The notes below the pieces were generated by a model. That model was given only the letters and a program-made list of their open reading frames with translations, ran no database searches and was not told the DNA's origin. Below are positions 51,221 to 60,522 of a stretch of 64,000 bases of DNA, one piece after another; within the stretch, counting starts at the first letter, position 1; each line of letters starts with the position of its first letter. Origin of the DNA: Longimicrobiales bacterium. Its GTDB lineage: Bacteria > Gemmatimonadota > Gemmatimonadetes > Longimicrobiales > Gaopeijiaceae. The position numbers were made by a program, and so were the translations under genes. The stretch lies in contig CBDFIQ010000002.1 of NCBI GenBank assembly GCA_965248195.1, forward strand, positions 2,592,001 through 2,656,000, given 5' to 3'.

Positions 51221-53605
51221 TCAGCCCCCCGGAACGAGCCTCAGAGCGTGGACCGCGTTCTCCTCGACCACCTCCCGGGTGAAGAGGTAGGGGAGGTAGT
51301 CGCCGTTCTTCCACTCGTCGAGGAGGCTGTCGTAGTAGGGGCTGCCTGGCTGTCCCGACTGGCCCGGAGCGTTGAGGACCCGGGAGTCGTCCCAGTTCGT
51401 GAGGTCGATGATCTGCTTGTACGTCCCTCCATTTGAAGAGACGGTGCCCGCCCCGCCCCTCCGCTCGACGGCCGGCAGGTCGAAGGCAGCGGTGAGGGGG
51501 TGTTCGAAGGGAACCCGGTTGCTCCGGCCCCACCGCCACTCGGCCGGATCACTCCCTTGTTCGACGGACAGGCTGTCGAGCGCCATCCTGAGAGCGCTCG
51601 CCACCGCCTCCCCGGAAACTTGATCGGGAACGGACGCATCGGGGTGGTTTCGTTCGAGGATTCGGCTCCAGGTGAAATAGACCGCGGCCGCAGCGCTCTC
51701 CTCGGCCAAGACGTGGTCCCACTCGGAGAGGAGCTGGCGTGCTTGCTCCACCTCCGGATCGTCCGCGGTCCATCCCGCAAAAAGAACAGCCGCCTCTGCC
51801 GCCTCGAAGTGATAGGCGTCGAGCTGTAGCCGGATGTTGTCCTCGATCGAGAACCCCGCGCTGTCGGATAGGATGTCGACGAGCCGCTCGAATCTCCGGT
51901 AGGGCGGGACCTTGAACATGATGGGCGGAGCGAACCCCTCGGGCTGAATGTTGTGGTTCGCCGTGGCGATCCAGCCCCTGTCCGGATTGTACTCCTCCGG
52001 CAGGTCTTCGCGGAAGCCCCGCCACTCATACTCTCCGGTGCCGGGCACCGGAAGTCGGCCATGCCAGCGGCCGCCCCGATCGGGGGTCAGAGCCGCCGCC
52101 CTCCAGGCGATGTTCCCTTCGACGTCCCCACAGATCATGTTCTCGGACGGCGTCTTCCAGTGGTCCATCGCCTCCAGGAACTCCCGGCAGTTCTGCACCT
52201 GGTCGACCCGTAGCGAGCCCATGTAGTGGGCCGTCCCCGGCTCGTGGAGGACGGTCCTCAGCGCATAGGCGTAGTGATTCTCGGTGTCCTCGTACACGAT
52301 GGGCCCGTGGCGGCTGTACTTGAGCTCCACCACCCGGGGCGCCTCACCCCGGATCAATATCGTGTCGACGACCACCCGAAGATTCTCCCATTCGCCTTGC
52401 CACCGCACCTGGTTCTGGTTCTCGGGGTTCACCATCTCCTGGTATAGGTCGTCCTGGTCGGTGCCGACGATGGTGAGGCCCCACGCCACTCGGTCGTTGT
52501 GCCCGATGGCCACCCCGGGAAGGGAGGGCTCGCCCGAGCCGATCACGTTCCATCCGGGGGCGTTCAGGTGGATGATGTAGCGGAGGGACGGGTTCGAGAT
52601 CTGTCGGTGGGGATCGTTAGCAAGAATCACCCCTCCCGTGGTCGTCATCCTTGGGGAGAGCACCCAGTTGTTGCTCCCGGGCTCTTCTCGGAAGGCCTCC
52701 GGAAGATAGGGGAGCGGCCGATCGAGAAGGTCCAGCATCGAGAACCTCGCGGCGATCCCGGCCGTCCCCTGAGGTCCCAGCTCGCTTCGAAAAAAGGAGG
52801 TCCCGGCCGTTCGAGGGGCCGCAGATACTTCATACTCTGGAAGCACCGGAGCCCGGAGAATCTGGTCGAAGTCCCCACTCAAGGCATCGATGATCGCATC
52901 CGCGTGTTCGGCGATGGCCTCCAGGTCAAGTCCCCGGGGAATCTCGAGAGGAACGTAGGGGTCCGGCGTGCGGCGGCGATTCGCTTCCTCCACGCCCAAC
53001 TGCACGACGTCCCGGGCGAGCTGAACCTCCTGCTGGGCTCTCCGCGCGGCGCGCTGGATGAGACGGAGAGAGGAGAGATCCGCGGTCCACGGGTCGGGCC
53101 GAGTGCCCGTGATCTTGAACTCCACCGGCAGGTTGTCGCCTCGATGTTCGATGTACGCGTTCACCCCGTCGGCGAACGAGGCGAAGATGCGCTCGGCTTC
53201 AGGATGGTAGCTGGCGAGGTCCTCTGATCGGGAACCGCGATACTTCATGAGGCGGTAGAGCCGGTCGGTCTCGAAGCGTTCCGGTCCCACGATTTCGGAC
53301 GCCCTTCCCCCTGCGTATCGGCGCCAGACGTCGATCTCCCACAGCCGGTCCTGGGCGGCCACGAACCCTTGTGCGAAGAAGAGATCTTCCTGGTTATTCG
53401 CATAGATGTGGGCGATCCCCGCGGGATCCCGGATCACTTGCACCTCGTTGCGGAGGCCGGGGACGCGGATGTCCCCGTCGAGCTGGGATAGGGAGCTGTG
53501 GGCCATCTCGTTGAGCTGCGCATCGACGCGTGATGCCCCATCACCCTCCCCGGTGCTGCAGCCGGCAAGGATGAAAACCGGTAGGATGAGGAACAGGGAT
53601 TTCAA
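51221..53605 (-). CDS. penicillin acylase family (Ntn hydrolase) lipoprotein
   Basis: TTG start MKSLFL...LAGC; AQGFVAAQDRLW, G|SNNW nucleophile, LANDPH, TANHN, GQSGQPGSPYY. Confidence 0.92.
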   Translation of the reverse strand: MKSLFLILPVFILAGCSTGEGDGASRVDAQLNEMAHSSLSQLDGDIRVPGLRNEVQVIRDPAGIAHIYANNQEDLFFAQGFVAAQDRLWEIDVWRRYAGGRASEIVGPERFETDRLYRLMKYRGSRSEDLASYHPEAERIFASFADGVNAYIEHRGDNLPVEFKITGTRPDPWTADLSSLRLIQRAARRAQQEVQLARDVVQLGVEEANRRRTPDPYVPLEIPRGLDLEAIAEHADAIIDALSGDFDQILRAPVLPEYEVSAAPRTAGTSFFRSELGPQGTAGIAARFSMLDLLDRPLPYLPEAFREEPGSNNWVLSPRMTTTGGVILANDPHRQISNPSLRYIIHLNAPGWNVIGSGEPSLPGVAIGHNDRVAWGLTIVGTDQDDLYQEMVNPENQNQVRWQGEWENLRVVVDTILIRGEAPRVVELKYSRHGPIVYEDTENHYAYALRTVLHEPGTAHYMGSLRVDQVQNCREFLEAMDHWKTPSENMICGDVEGNIAWRAAALTPDRGGRWHGRLPVPGTGEYEWRGFREDLPEEYNPDRGWIATANHNIQPEGFAPPIMFKVPPYRRFERLVDILSDSAGFSIEDNIRLQLDAYHFEAAEAAVLFAGWTADDPEVEQARQLLSEWDHVLAEESAAAAVYFTWSRILERNHPDASVPDQVSGEAVASALRMALDSLSVEQGSDPAEWRWGRSNRVPFEHPLTAAFDLPAVERRGGAGTVSSNGGTYKQIIDLTNWDDSRVLNAPGQSGQPGSPYYDSLLDEWKNGDYLPYLFTREVVEENAVHALRLVPGG

Positions 53606-53700
53606 AGGCCTTGTCCTAGCGAGAGTGAAGGGATAGGGATTCCATGGTAGCCTCGATCCGTGCGAGGGGGAAGAGAAACCAGAACCGAGTGGAGGTGAAC

Positions 53701-54873
53701 GTGTCGTCACCAGGAACAGAGCATCCCTCGAGAGCGTCCTTGCTCCACCTTTTCTCCTGCATCACCATGCTGGCGGGCACGGCCTGTACCGAGCCGGATT
53801 CCAGCGCTTCGGGCAGCAGCATCGAGGCCGATCACTTCGTGCCTTCGCGCCCGGAGACGGTGAGCTGGGGCTGGTATCCCATCGACAAGGAGCCCGTGCT
53901 CCGGATCCGGTCCGGAGAGACGGTCCGCATCAACACGCTGACCCACGCGGGGTCCACTCAGCAAGCCGAGCCGGTGGAGTACCTCACGGGACTCGATATA
54001 CCACGCGATGAGATCCATCAGGATGTGCTTGATTTTTGGGCGTCGAGAGAGGGGCGGCCGAGAGAAGGGCGGAGCGGCCACGTCATCACCGGACCGGTCT
54101 ACGTCGAGGGGGCCGAGCCGGGTGACATGCTCGAGGTGCAGATTCTCGCCGTCGAGACGCGCGTGCCCTGGGGGATCAACAACACGAGCTCCGGCGGGGG
54201 CGTATTCTCGGCCAGCTACCCGGGAGTGGAGGCCGACGACCCACTCCTGGACATCGCACCGGGGACGCGGCACGTGATTCGCACCGGAATGGTCGACGGC
54301 CGTGAGGTCGCGCTTTTCTCGCCCGACATCCAAGTGCCTCTGGCGCCCTTCATGGGGATCCTGGCGGTCGCGCCCGCTCCGGTAGTGGGCGAGCCCGGCG
54401 TGACGGTGCCCGGCGTCCAGAGCTCGAGGCCCCCGGGCGCCTTCGGCGGCAACATGGACGTGAAGGACCTCAAGGTCGGGACCACGCTCTACCTCCCGGT
54501 TTTCCATCCCGGAGCGCTCTTTTATGCGGGCGACCCGCACGGCGCCCAGGGCGACGGGGAGGTGAGCGGAACAGCGATCGAGCAGTCACTCGCGGGGGTG
54601 TTCCGCTTCATCGTGCACAAGGGCGTCACCATCTCAGGCCCACGCGCCGAGACCGACACGCACTACATGATCATGGGGATCGACCTCGATCTCGATCGCG
54701 CCACGCGGCAGGCTACCTGGGAGGTCGTCGACTTCCTGGTGAAAGAGAAGGGGCTCACGCCCGCCAAGGCGCTCTCGCTCGCGAGCATCGCCGTGGATTT
54801 CCGCGTGAGCGAGGTGGTGGACCTCACGCAGGTGGTCACGGGCTATATCCCGAAGGACATCTTCCTGCGGTAG
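53701..54873 (+). CDS. acetamidase/formamidase family protein with lipoprotein-like signal
   Basis: GHVITGPVYVEGAEPGD, FGGNMD, GDPHGAQGDGEV.GTAIE; SD GGAGGT; AGTAC. Confidence 0.9.
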   Translation: MSSPGTEHPSRASLLHLFSCITMLAGTACTEPDSSASGSSIEADHFVPSRPETVSWGWYPIDKEPVLRIRSGETVRINTLTHAGSTQQAEPVEYLTGLDIPRDEIHQDVLDFWASREGRPREGRSGHVITGPVYVEGAEPGDMLEVQILAVETRVPWGINNTSSGGGVFSASYPGVEADDPLLDIAPGTRHVIRTGMVDGREVALFSPDIQVPLAPFMGILAVAPAPVVGEPGVTVPGVQSSRPPGAFGGNMDVKDLKVGTTLYLPVFHPGALFYAGDPHGAQGDGEVSGTAIEQSLAGVFRFIVHKGVTISGPRAETDTHYMIMGIDLDLDRATRQATWEVVDFLVKEKGLTPAKALSLASIAVDFRVSEVVDLTQVVTGYIPKDIFLR

Positions 54874-54977
54874 CCGGGCTGTTCGCTTGCTGGCGGAATG
54901 GCTAGATCACATATTCGTTCGCGTTTCGGGCTTGAAGCCGTTTCCCCTGAAGTTCACCATCGGTGGCCGGTGCTGCG

Positions 54978-55730
54978 ATGAAGCCCCGTCTTGTGTTTCG
55001 TTGGCTCCTTCTTGTCGTGCTTTGCCTTCCCACCGTCCTCGCGGCTCAGTCTGCGGAGATGGAACAGGGCAAGCGGCTGTTCGAGAGCCAATGCGGAAGC
55101 TGCCACGGACCTCTGGGGAATGGCGGCAAAGGTGCCAATCTGGCGCAACCACGGCTTCGCCGTGCGACAGATGATCAGGCGCTCCTCACGATCATTCGCC
55201 GCGGCATCTCCGGTACCGAGATGCCCGGCTCGTTCCTCACCCCCAGCCAGGTCTCGAGTATTGCCACCTACGTGAAAACGCTAGGTCGCGTCGTGCCGGA
55301 AAATATCCCGGGAGATGCGGACCGCGGTGAAGGGGTTTACGCCTCGCTCGACTGCGGGGTGTGCCACACTCTGGGCGGTCAGGGTGGCATCCTGGGCCCC
55401 GTCCTCGATGACATCGGCGCGCGCCGGAGCGCGGCCCATTTGCGGGAGGCGCTCATCGAGCCCGAGGCCTTTTTGCCCCACGGCTTTCTCCTGCTCCAGG
55501 TCGTCACAAAGGATGGGCGCACCCTGACCGGCACCCGGGTTAATGAAGATGGGTTCTCGATCCAGTTCAGAGATCCTGCCGGCGGGATCCATTCGTTCTG
55601 GAAAGACGAGCTCGATACCCTCGACAAGATGTGGCAGCGCTCGCCGATGGTAAGCTACCAAGCGAGATTGACCACGAGGCAGACGGATGATCTCGTCGCC
55701 TATCTGGTTTCGCTCAAAGGAGCCTCATGA
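54978..55730 (+). CDS. diheme c-type cytochrome
   Basis: Signal peptide; CGSCH and CGVCH; GTEMP, SPM. Confidence 0.88.
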   Translation: MKPRLVFRWLLLVVLCLPTVLAAQSAEMEQGKRLFESQCGSCHGPLGNGGKGANLAQPRLRRATDDQALLTIIRRGISGTEMPGSFLTPSQVSSIATYVKTLGRVVPENIPGDADRGEGVYASLDCGVCHTLGGQGGILGPVLDDIGARRSAAHLREALIEPEAFLPHGFLLLQVVTKDGRTLTGTRVNEDGFSIQFRDPAGGIHSFWKDELDTLDKMWQRSPMVSYQARLTTRQTDDLVAYLVSLKGAS

Positions 55731-57349
55731 GGACACTCTTGCTGCTGTGCGCAACTGCTGCGTCCGCGGCAGGGTCCGTGGGGGCTGTGGCTGTAGCGGC
55801 TCTTCCCGTAGCGGCCCAGGTTTCCTACGAGCGGATATTGGACGCGGCGTCCGAACCGGGCAGCTGGCTGACCTACTCCGGATCGTATGGGGCACAGCGC
55901 TACTCCACGCTCGACCAGATCGACCGTGACAATGTCCATCGGCTTCAGCCGGCGTGGATCTATCAGGTCCGATCGACTCAGAAGTTCGAGGTTTCGCCGC
56001 TCGTCGTGGACGGCGTCATGTACATCACTGAGGCGCCGAGCGATGCCACCGCACTGGACCTACGTACGGGACGTCCCCTGTGGAGTTACCGCCGTTCCCT
56101 CCCCCAGGGTATCGTGACCTGTTGCGGGCAGGTGAATCGCGGTGTGGCGCTCCTCGACGATCAGGTCTTTCTCGGCACGGTCGATGCCCATCTGGTCGCG
56201 CTCGACAGGAGGACCGGTCGAGTGCGCTGGGACGTCGAAGTCGCGGAGCACACCGAGGGATACGCGATTACCGTGGCGCCGCTCGCATTGGACGACAAGA
56301 TCATCGTCGGCATCGCGGGCGGTGAGTACGGCATCCGTGGCTTCCTCGACGCCTATGATCCGATCACCGGCGAGCGGTTGTGGCGTTTCTGGACCGTTCC
56401 TGGGCCGGGCGAGCCTGGCCACGACACGTGGTCGGGCGACAGTTGGGAACGAGGTGGGGCTCCGACCTGGGTCACGGGCGCGTATGATCCCGAGCTCAAT
56501 CTTCTGTATTGGGGGACGGGAAATCCGGGGCCCGACTTCATCGGCGAGGTACGGGAGGGCGACAACCTCTACTCCGAGTCCCTGATCGCGCTAGACCCCG
56601 ACAGCGGGGAGCTGAAGTGGTACTTCCAGTTTCTCCCACACGACGTTCATGACTACGACTCGACTCAGATTCCGGTGCTCCTCGACGCCGAGTTCGAAGG
56701 CGAGCCGAGAAAGCTCTTGGTGTTCCCGAACCGGAACGGCTTCTACTACGTGCTCGACCGGGTCACGGGCGAGTTCCTGGTCGGAAAGCAGTTCGCGAAG
56801 CAGACGTGGGCCCTGGGGTTGGACGAAAACGGGCGACCCATCGAGGACCCCGCTTCGATACCCAGCCGGGAGGGAGCTCTCGTTTATCCCGACGACGATG
56901 GGGCGGCCAATTGGTACAGCCCGACTTACAGCCCGCAGACCAACCTCATCTATCAAAACGTCCGTGAAAAGGGCGCCACCTACTACCTCGCCGACGCAAC
57001 CTACGAGCCGGGGAAGATCTACATGGGCGCGAGCCGGCGCACCGTTACCGGAGAAGACCCCAAGGGATTCCTGCGCGCCCTGAACCCTTTGACGGGGGAT
57101 CTGGTTTGGGAAATCGAGGTGTACTCGCCACCTTGGGCTGGACTCATGTCCACCGCGGGCGGGTTGGTGTTTTCGGGGACGATGGAGGGCGACTTCTTCG
57201 CGGCGGATGCCCAGACGGGCGATGTGCTGTGGCGGTTTCAGACGGGAGGTGCGATCTATGCGAACCCGATTTCATATCTCAGCGAGGGCCGCCAGTTCAT
57301 CACCATCGCCGCAGGGAGCGCACTCTTCAACTTCGCACTACCGGAGTAA
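55727..57349 (+). CDS. PQQ-dependent dehydrogenase (alcohol dehydrogenase-like)
   Basis: RYSTLDQI, vicinal CC (TCCG.VNRG), GGEYGIRG, WGTGNP, HDVHDYD, Trp-docking repeats. Confidence 0.9.
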   Translation: MRTLLLLCATAASAAGSVGAVAVAALPVAAQVSYERILDAASEPGSWLTYSGSYGAQRYSTLDQIDRDNVHRLQPAWIYQVRSTQKFEVSPLVVDGVMYITEAPSDATALDLRTGRPLWSYRRSLPQGIVTCCGQVNRGVALLDDQVFLGTVDAHLVALDRRTGRVRWDVEVAEHTEGYAITVAPLALDDKIIVGIAGGEYGIRGFLDAYDPITGERLWRFWTVPGPGEPGHDTWSGDSWERGGAPTWVTGAYDPELNLLYWGTGNPGPDFIGEVREGDNLYSESLIALDPDSGELKWYFQFLPHDVHDYDSTQIPVLLDAEFEGEPRKLLVFPNRNGFYYVLDRVTGEFLVGKQFAKQTWALGLDENGRPIEDPASIPSREGALVYPDDDGAANWYSPTYSPQTNLIYQNVREKGATYYLADATYEPGKIYMGASRRTVTGEDPKGFLRALNPLTGDLVWEIEVYSPPWAGLMSTAGGLVFSGTMEGDFFAADAQTGDVLWRFQTGGAIYANPISYLSEGRQFITIAAGSALFNFALPE

Positions 57350-57390
57350 GCTAAACGAATGGTTTGATTCCTTCTTTCTGGAGAAGTCCC

Positions 57391-58629
57391 GTGAACAGAA
57401 AATTCGTGTCCCGTCGCCGTTTCTTGCAGAGCGCCGGTGCGGCAGCCGTTGTGGTTCCGACGTCCGTTAAGGGGTACACTACGGCCGAGATGCGCTCCTT
57501 CAGCTCGGATGACGTGATGGAGCTCGACGTATCGAAATGGGAGCTCGACACGCCAGCTCTGTGCGTCGACCTCGATGCGCTCGAGGCCAACCTGGCCACG
57601 ATGCAGCAGACGGTCTTACGCAACGGCATCGCCAGTCGTCCTCACGCAAAGACCCACAAGTGTCCGGCCATCGCTCGGATGCAGCTGGAGACCGGGTCGG
57701 TCGGCATATGCACCGCCAAGGTGAGCGAGGCGATTGCCATGTACGAGCATGGCATCGACCAGATCGTCATGACGACGGTCAACGCGACACCGTTCAAGAT
57801 CGGGCGCGCGATGGATCTGCGGAGATGGTGCCCCGGGTTCGTCCAGGCAACTGACACCCCCGGGAACGCCCGCGATCTGTCCGAGGCGGCGCAAGCCGCG
57901 GGTCTCCTGGCGGACGTCGTGGTCGACATCGATGCGGGGGGGCATCGCACCGGCATCACCGCGGGGCAACCGGCGCTAGCGTTGGCTCAGCTGATCGACC
58001 AGCTGCCTGGGCTCCGGCTGCGAGGGATGCTGTGTTACGACGGTGGCTCGCAACACGTGAATGGATTCGAGACCCGCAGGACGCAGACCCTTGAACGACT
58101 CGTTCCAGCCTCCGAGACGTACGACCTGATGCAGCGATCGGGTCTGAGCACGGAAATCTTCAGCGGGGGCGGCACCGGTACGTACAACATCGACCACGAG
58201 ACCCGGGGGCTCACCGACATCCAGGTGGGCAGCTACGTCTTCATGGACGCCCAGTACCTGGCGATCGGCGGCGCGACCGACGACGAGGTGTACTCAGACT
58301 TCCAGAATTCGCTGACGATCCTCACGACGGTGCTCAACGCCCAGTACGAGGGAGGAGCCACCACCGACGCGGGCGCTAAGGCCTGTACGATCAATCAGCC
58401 CTGGCCGATCGTCAAAGGCGAGACCGGCATGACCTACCGGTCCGGCTCGGACGAGTTCGGGACGCTCCGCTATGACGACCCCTCGAGGACGTACAGGTTC
58501 GGAGACAAGCTCGAGCTGATCGTGTCGCACTGCGATCCGGTGGTGAACCTCTACGACCAGATGTACGCGGTTCGAAACGACCGGGTCGAAGCCGTCTGGC
58601 GGATCGCCGCACGCGGGATGTCCACGTAG
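57391..58629 (+). CDS. DSD1 / D-threonine-aldolase-like PLP enzyme with Tat signal
   Basis: SRRRFL, LDTPAL, RPHAKTHK, SGGGTGT, GSYVFMD, SDEFG, HCDPVVNLYD. Confidence 0.88.
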   Translation: MNRKFVSRRRFLQSAGAAAVVVPTSVKGYTTAEMRSFSSDDVMELDVSKWELDTPALCVDLDALEANLATMQQTVLRNGIASRPHAKTHKCPAIARMQLETGSVGICTAKVSEAIAMYEHGIDQIVMTTVNATPFKIGRAMDLRRWCPGFVQATDTPGNARDLSEAAQAAGLLADVVVDIDAGGHRTGITAGQPALALAQLIDQLPGLRLRGMLCYDGGSQHVNGFETRRTQTLERLVPASETYDLMQRSGLSTEIFSGGGTGTYNIDHETRGLTDIQVGSYVFMDAQYLAIGGATDDEVYSDFQNSLTILTTVLNAQYEGGATTDAGAKACTINQPWPIVKGETGMTYRSGSDEFGTLRYDDPSRTYRFGDKLELIVSHCDPVVNLYDQMYAVRNDRVEAVWRIAARGMST

Positions 58630-58659
58630 CGCTCGTCCGGCTGAGGAGGGCCTACGCCG

Positions 58660-59076
58660 GTGACTGGAGGACGGGTGGTCGCTGTCTTGGCCAGTCTTCC
58701 CACTCTGGCTTCGTGCCAGGGGGCGGTCGCACGGTCCAGGGTCCTCTCATTTCTCGAGGCCATTCAGAGGCCCTTCGACCTGCACGACCGGACTTGGCTG
58801 GGCATCCCTGCGGCGCTGCCGGCGCACGTCATTGTCTCGGTTCTGCTCGCCGGCGCGCTCGCTTGGTTCTGGCGTCCCAAGGCCGCCGCGGTCCTCCTGG
58901 GGATCCTGATCCTGGCCAAGGAGACCGTGGACCTGATGATCATCGCTCTCTATGAACCCGTGACCTGGACCTATGCTTCCGGCTCGGTCTTGGACGTTCT
59001 GGCTTCGGTCGCCGGCGCGTGCCTGGGCTTGTGGGTCGGCACTCGGGCTCGACGAAGAGTTGTCGAGAACGACTGA
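58660..59076 (+). CDS. hypothetical membrane protein
   Basis: 3 hydrophobic segments with H...KE..D...D pattern; SD GAGGAGG. Confidence 0.6.
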   Translation: MTGGRVVAVLASLPTLASCQGAVARSRVLSFLEAIQRPFDLHDRTWLGIPAALPAHVIVSVLLAGALAWFWRPKAAAVLLGILILAKETVDLMIIALYEPVTWTYASGSVLDVLASVAGACLGLWVGTRARRRVVEND

Positions 59077-59109
59077 GACCAGGAATCCACACGGGGGCAG
59101 GTCACTAAC

Positions 59110-60000
59110 CTAGTTCTCGAGCTTCCGCAGCATCCCTTCCGAGGTGCGCGGGAACGACGAGTGCATAAAGGGACGGCCAAAGAGCCCCTCGACGGGCTCT
59201 AGCGCACGCCTGAAGGACTCGATGGCCAGAGCCGGGTCCGGCTCGGCCTCTCCACTGACGAAGTCCAGTCCGTAGTAAGCCTGGAGGCCGCCCAATGCTT
59301 CCAACTCAAGGTCTGAAAAGAGGTCCGGATCCAGATCGAATCCCGAGCCCAGCTTCGAAAGCCACCCCCGCGCGGCACTGTCGCTCTCCTCCACGCCCTC
59401 TCCGATCGCGTGTATCATACCCAGACGCAGAACCGCCCAGGCGCTGCCTCCGGAATCTGCCGCTCGCCGATACAACTCGATGGCTTCGGCATAAAACGAC
59501 GGATCGTCCGTGTCCGTGTAGAGGTCGGCGAGCGCTTCCGCCGCAGGGTGGTATCCCTGATCGGCTGCCAGCTTGAACCAGCGAAGAGCCACCTCTCGAT
59601 CCTGATCAATCCCCGAAAGTGGAAGGAAGATCCTTCCGGAGTAGACTTGACCCCCTCTCCACTGCGCTTCAGCCGATCCAAGCTCCGCAGCTCTCAGAAC
59701 TACCCGCATGGCCTCACTCGGGTCTGAGCCAAGAAGCATCGTAGATAGTGAGAGTATCGCAGGGATGTGATCTTGTTCGGCCGCACGCGCGTACCACTCC
59801 ATGGCCGTCTCGTAGTCAATCGCGATCCCATCGGCACCGACCTCGAACAGATGGCCATACTCGTACTGGGCGTCCGCGTCGTCCCGGGCCGCGGCGGCCG
59901 CCAAGGAGTCGACGCGTGCGGAAGGAGGGTCGGTCTGAGCACTCGCCGAGTGCGAGAAAAACCCGAACGCAAGGCAAGAGACGAGTACACGGAGCGCCAT
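59110..60000 (-). CDS. Sel1-like repeat protein (ATG 60000 preferred over 60051)
   Basis: Signal peptide; AQY.YG, A.EWY.RAAEQ, WFKLAADQG, YRRAADSG repeats. Confidence 0.85.
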   Translation of the reverse strand: MALRVLVSCLAFGFFSHSASAQTDPPSARVDSLAAAAARDDADAQYEYGHLFEVGADGIAIDYETAMEWYARAAEQDHIPAILSLSTMLLGSDPSEAMRVVLRAAELGSAEAQWRGGQVYSGRIFLPLSGIDQDREVALRWFKLAADQGYHPAAEALADLYTDTDDPSFYAEAIELYRRAADSGGSAWAVLRLGMIHAIGEGVEESDSAARGWLSKLGSGFDLDPDLFSDLELEALGGLQAYYGLDFVSGEAEPDPALAIESFRRALEPVEGLFGRPFMHSSFPRTSEGMLRKLEN

Positions 60001-60004
60001 CGCC

Positions 60005-60101
60005 ACCGATGACTTCGCGAGGAAACCGATAGCCGTGATAGTATTTCGCATTGGTCTTCAGCAAGGGGGTCTGAACGGGCGGAGCTTAAATCGACAATAC
60101 G
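60005..60101 (-). mobile_element. IS6-family left-end remnant
   Basis: Frame reads KTNAKYYHGYRFPREVI (IS6 N-terminal Y.GYRFP.E.I), preceded by IR-like GTATTGTCGATTTAAGC. Confidence 0.55.
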
Positions 60102-60107
60102 CGTAAC

Positions 60108-60146
60108 ATGAGTCTTTCGCGAGGGAGATGAGTCTTCCGCGAGGGA
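60108..60146. repeat. tandem 19-bp direct repeat (period 20)
   Basis: ATGAGTCTTTCGCGAGGGA and ATGAGTCTTCCGCGAGGGA. Confidence 0.8.
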
Positions 60147-60522
60147 TAGGCATCATGGCTCTTTTCCGAGTGCTGCACGCTGCTTGAGCGAGACGAGACA
60201 CCCGAGGAACCTCCCCTTGCGAGGGCCGTGCCCAAGCCAAGGTGCACACCCGCCGTAGGCCCGGGCACGGACGAGACGAGCGGATGCGTGCATGGGCAAG
60301 AGATGCCGGACGGACCCGACCCCGAGTCGGGGACAGCCGGTCCGTAGTCCGTCGGGGCGATGTCTCAGTCGGCTACGGAAGCCGCAGTCGGTTCGCGTGG
60401 ACCAGCATTCGGTGTACGTCTCAAACGTAGGCCCCCGAAAGCATGCTTTGCCCTCATCCAATCGACGGGGTGAAAAGAAGGTTCCCGGGCGGGACTCGGA
60501 GCGGGAGAACCCCGAGCCTCGC

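Noticed and set aside
60150..60520. Small Cys/His-containing gene downstream of the plug-only protein
   Set aside because: No frame with a credible start, SD and coherent sequence; possibly decayed, but not supportable.
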